A stretch of 64,000 nt of DNA from assembly GCA_963708075.1 (NCBI GenBank), contig OY970194.1:5632001-5696000 (forward strand). The letters run 5' to 3'. Under the pieces are notes generated by a model. The model was not told the DNA's origin. It worked only from the letters and a program-made list of their open reading frames with translations, and ran no database searches. The DNA comes from Sedimentisphaerales bacterium. GTDB taxonomy: Bacteria > Planctomycetota > Phycisphaerae > Sedimentisphaerales > Anaerobacaceae. Shown here in pieces: positions 61,078 to 64,000 of the stretch; the first letter of the stretch is position 1; each line of letters starts with the position of its first letter. A program made the translations under genes and the position numbers.

Positions 61078-61608
61078 ATCGAATCGGAACTGAGACTGGT
61101 ACAGGCCGCTCAGGTGGGCGATCTCGACAGCTTCGGTAAGCTGTGTGAGCGGTATTATGCCCCGCTGGTCGCGATCGCGTACGGCGTGCTCAGGGACCAT
61201 CAACTGGCGGAGGACGCCGCCCAGGAAGCGTTTGCCAGGGCCCTCGTCAGCCTGGGCAGATTGAAAGAGCCTGGCAAATTCGCTCCCTGGCTGGCGCAAA
61301 TCTGCCGAAACGCTGCCGCCGACATAGCACGGGCACGAAAGCCACAGGGCAATCCGGAAGACTTTGCGCAGGCGCCGTGCCGCGGCACAGATGAATTCGC
61401 GAGTCAAGTCGTCAGGCAGGCCATTGACCGGCTGCCGGCGTCCCTGAGGGAGGTCGTCGTCCTGCGCTATCACAATAATTGTTCGTACGAGCAAATTTCC
61501 GCCGTGCTGGGCCTGTCGAAGATGGCCATCAACGGTCGGCTCACACGGGCCAAACGAAAACTTGCCAGGTACTTGCGCCGACAAGGCGTGCTGGAGGATA
61601 TGCCATGA
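61078..61608 (+). CDS. ECF sigma factor (start uncertain: ATC 61078 or GTG 61114)
   Basis: LAEDAAQEAF, FAPWLAQICRN, LREVVVLRY...SYEQI. Confidence 0.9.
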   Translation: MESELRLVQAAQVGDLDSFGKLCERYYAPLVAIAYGVLRDHQLAEDAAQEAFARALVSLGRLKEPGKFAPWLAQICRNAAADIARARKPQGNPEDFAQAPCRGTDEFASQVVRQAIDRLPASLREVVVLRYHNNCSYEQISAVLGLSKMAINGRLTRAKRKLARYLRRQGVLEDMP

Positions 61609-62945
61609 ATACCGAGAAGCATGATGACAAGATCGATCAACTCATTCGCACCGCCATCGGCGGGGACTCTGCGCCCTTCGATTTCCAGCGGTGGAAGCAG
61701 GAGCACCAGTGTGAGGTCACTACGTTCCACTCTGAGGTACAGCACCTGGAACCACAGACGACTGTCTTGCCGGAAAGGAGGCGAACGATGATACGTACGC
61801 TCAAACTCGCGGCCGCCGCAGCGATCTTCGTCGGCGTGTGCCTGGGATTGCCCCGTCTCGGCCATAAGCAGGAGAGCAACACGGCGTTCGCGCAAATTCT
61901 TGAGCAGATTGAGCAAGCCAAGGCCATGACCTGGCGGCTCACCTTTTATAACCACGTCACCAGCAAGGACGGTCAGCGAATATGGGTGGAGACGGAGACG
62001 CGGGAGATGGCGTACAAGGCCCCCGGTCTGTATCGAGAGGTCCTGCATCCGACCGGTCACGGGCAGATCGAACACACGTGCATCACGGATGCCGCGAATC
62101 TCAAGAGCTTGAGTCTGGTCCCGGCGGACAAGAGGGCCTCCATCCGTGAGTTGGCGGTGACAACCCAGGATCCGCGCGGACCATTTACATCGGCCAGGGA
62201 GCACATGAACAACTCCGACCTTGAATGGGTGGGAAAGAAAACGACCGCCAATGGAGAGGTGAACGTCTTTCGAAGAGCATTCAAGCAGCCCGACGGCCGG
62301 GACTGGAGTTATGATTTCTGGGTCGATGCGAAAACGAAGCGACTCGTCGCCGTCCAAATACCCGGAGCGGATATCTATGATCCCGAAGCGGACCCCGCAC
62401 GCAGGAACCCCATCGAGAAGGAATGGTCCACGATGACGCCCGCGTGCTGCCTGCAGTACGATATCGATTTCGATGCGGAGCTGGATGATTCACTGTTCAG
62501 TCTGGAACCGCCCCCGGGTTACACCATCCGGACCGAGCAGCGTGCCCAGGTGACGGAGAAGGAGATGGTGGATTACCTCGGCATCATGGCCGAGTACAAC
62601 GACAAGACGTTTCCTGATCGGCCCTACTCGATTGACAGCGACCGGCTGAATGAGATCTACGACAAGGCAAAAGAGGACCGAACTGCGGCCGAGCAGAAGC
62701 TCCTGGAAACGGTGGACCACTACAAGATGGCGAGTCTGAACATGATGCCCACCGGTCATTTCATCGAGGATCACACGGTGAAGGGGAGTTTCCGGTACCT
62801 GGGCAAAGGCGTCAAGCTCGGCGACAAGGACCGCATCGTCTGCTGGTACAAGCTCAAGGACGCCGTCACTTACCGCGTCGTCTACGGCGATCTGAGCATC
62901 AAGGACGTGCCCGCGGAAGACCTGCCGTTGCCTGTAGAACCATAG
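61605..62945 (+). CDS. Putative membrane anti-sigma factor with LolA-like domain
   Basis: Coupled to ECF; TM KLAAAAAIFVGV, AFAQILEQI, FWVDAKTKRLV, LFSLEPPPGY, YLGKGVKLGD. Confidence 0.75.
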   Translation: MNTEKHDDKIDQLIRTAIGGDSAPFDFQRWKQEHQCEVTTFHSEVQHLEPQTTVLPERRRTMIRTLKLAAAAAIFVGVCLGLPRLGHKQESNTAFAQILEQIEQAKAMTWRLTFYNHVTSKDGQRIWVETETREMAYKAPGLYREVLHPTGHGQIEHTCITDAANLKSLSLVPADKRASIRELAVTTQDPRGPFTSAREHMNNSDLEWVGKKTTANGEVNVFRRAFKQPDGRDWSYDFWVDAKTKRLVAVQIPGADIYDPEADPARRNPIEKEWSTMTPACCLQYDIDFDAELDDSLFSLEPPPGYTIRTEQRAQVTEKEMVDYLGIMAEYNDKTFPDRPYSIDSDRLNEIYDKAKEDRTAAEQKLLETVDHYKMASLNMMPTGHFIEDHTVKGSFRYLGKGVKLGDKDRIVCWYKLKDAVTYRVVYGDLSIKDVPAEDLPLPVEP

Positions 62946-62978
62946 CTCTCCCGGCACATAAACCACTGCATCTTACAG

Positions 62979-63016
62979 CGCCAGGCTCTGCACGAACGAG
63001 CCTGGCGTCTTCTTTT
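62979..63016 (+). terminator. Rho-independent terminator
   Basis: cgccaggctc-loop-gagcctggcg followed by tcttctttt. Confidence 0.7.
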
Positions 63017-63087
63017 CACGGAAGCTGTTCCATGCTATAAGGTGGCAAGTGTCACGATACGAGCAGTGATTCGATACGGAGCAGCCG

Positions 63088-64000
63088 ATGGGAGAAACAC
63101 GACGCCTGTATTTTCTCGATAATCTGCGGATCGGGCTGACCATCCTGGTGATCGCTCATCATGTGGGCCAGGCGTATGGGCCAACCGGCGGTGCATGGCC
63201 GATCCAGGAGTCAGCGCGGGCGGCGGTGCTCGGGCCATTTTTCACCGTGAACCGGTCCTTCTTCATGAGCCTGTTCTTTCTGATCTCCGGCTACCTCATG
63301 GTGATGTCCTACGACCGCGGCCGACCCGGGACCTTCCTCAGGGGCCGGCTCCTGCGGTTGGGCGTGCCGCTGGTGGTCTTCTTCACCCTGGTCATCCCAC
63401 TTCAGCAATATCTGTGTCACTGCTACGTCGGCGACCTCAAAGGCGTAGGCTTCCGGCAGTACTACACGTGGCACTACTTCGGGGCGGGGGAACCGCCCGC
63501 AGGCTGGCAGGGTCCACCTCGGCCCGAGATGAACTTCGGCCACCTGTGGTACGTCGAACACCTGCTGGTCTTCAGCCTGTGCTACGCCGGGCTGCGCCTG
63601 GTGTGGAGACGCCCGGTGGAGCAGAATTCGGTAACCGCCAGGCCGCTGGGGCATCTGGCCATCGTTCTCTTTGCGTTACTGCTGGCTGTGGCTTCGGCAA
63701 CAGTCCGGATCTGGTATCCCATCGATAAGTGGATTGGGTTCCTCGGCTTCATTCAGGTGGCCTTTGCCGACGTTCCCCGCGATTTGAGCTTCTTCATCCT
63801 GGGTGCTGTTGCTTATCGCCGAGGATGGTTCCTTGGCCTTCCAAACAGACTGGGCACGGTCTGGTTGCTGATCGGCGTGACCCTTGCGATTCTGTGGTAT
63901 GCCTTCTCCCTGGGAGGACTGTGGCCGGTCTTTCACATCACTCGTGAAGCCATGGGATTCATCTACCCCGTCTGGGAGGCGCTGTTGTGCTGCGGAATAT
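63088..64000 (+). CDS. Acyltransferase family 3 (OafA/MdoC-like) membrane protein, runs off the window
   Basis: MGETRRLYFLDNLR...VIAHH...FFMSLFFLISGY...RLLRLGVP...GHLWYV; no stop before the end, so absent from the ORF track. Confidence 0.88.
   Translation, partial: MGETRRLYFLDNLRIGLTILVIAHHVGQAYGPTGGAWPIQESARAAVLGPFFTVNRSFFMSLFFLISGYLMVMSYDRGRPGTFLRGRLLRLGVPLVVFFTLVIPLQQYLCHCYVGDLKGVGFRQYYTWHYFGAGEPPAGWQGPPRPEMNFGHLWYVEHLLVFSLCYAGLRLVWRRPVEQNSVTARPLGHLAIVLFALLLAVASATVRIWYPIDKWIGFLGFIQVAFADVPRDLSFFILGAVAYRRGWFLGLPNRLGTVWLLIGVTLAILWYAFSLGGLWPVFHITREAMGFIYPVWEALLCCGI

Noticed and set aside
1..64000. tRNA, rRNA, integrase, transposase or prophage genes
   Set aside because: None recognised by eye; tRNAscan-SE/Infernal would be needed to exclude them fully

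Overview
GC-rich bacterial DNA. The gene content suggests a Planctomycetota (Phycisphaerae/Sedimentisphaerales-like) genome; this is an inference from the PEP-CTERM protein, many ECF sigma factors, BlaI/BlaR1 pairs and GLUG/beta-helix surface proteins. Housekeeping genes (purC, rbsK, aroK) lie among five ECF sigma factors, two BlaI/BlaR1(M56) modules, a cluster of paralogous secreted beta-helix/GLUG/LRR proteins, two glycoside hydrolases, an autotransporter, a RelE/ParE toxin-antitoxin pair and many REP/REPIN palindromes. About seven single-base frameshifts look like assembly indels. The most unusual signal is a non-CRISPR array at 21262-21918: nine copies of an ~18-bp motif with variable spacers. 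It lies downstream of a near-consensus sigma70 promoter that contains a LexA-box-like palindrome, next to an AT-richer TIR/NDT-like gene. Other notable items: internal SD+start codons in anti-sigma/BlaR genes, a readable ECF promoter motif, an ISAs1-type MITE inside a REPIN, a TA cassette replacing the middle of a nucleotidyltransferase gene, a circularly permuted lamin-tail domain inside a PEP-utilising domain, and a promoter/terminator-bounded ncRNA. No rRNA, tRNA or cas genes were seen.
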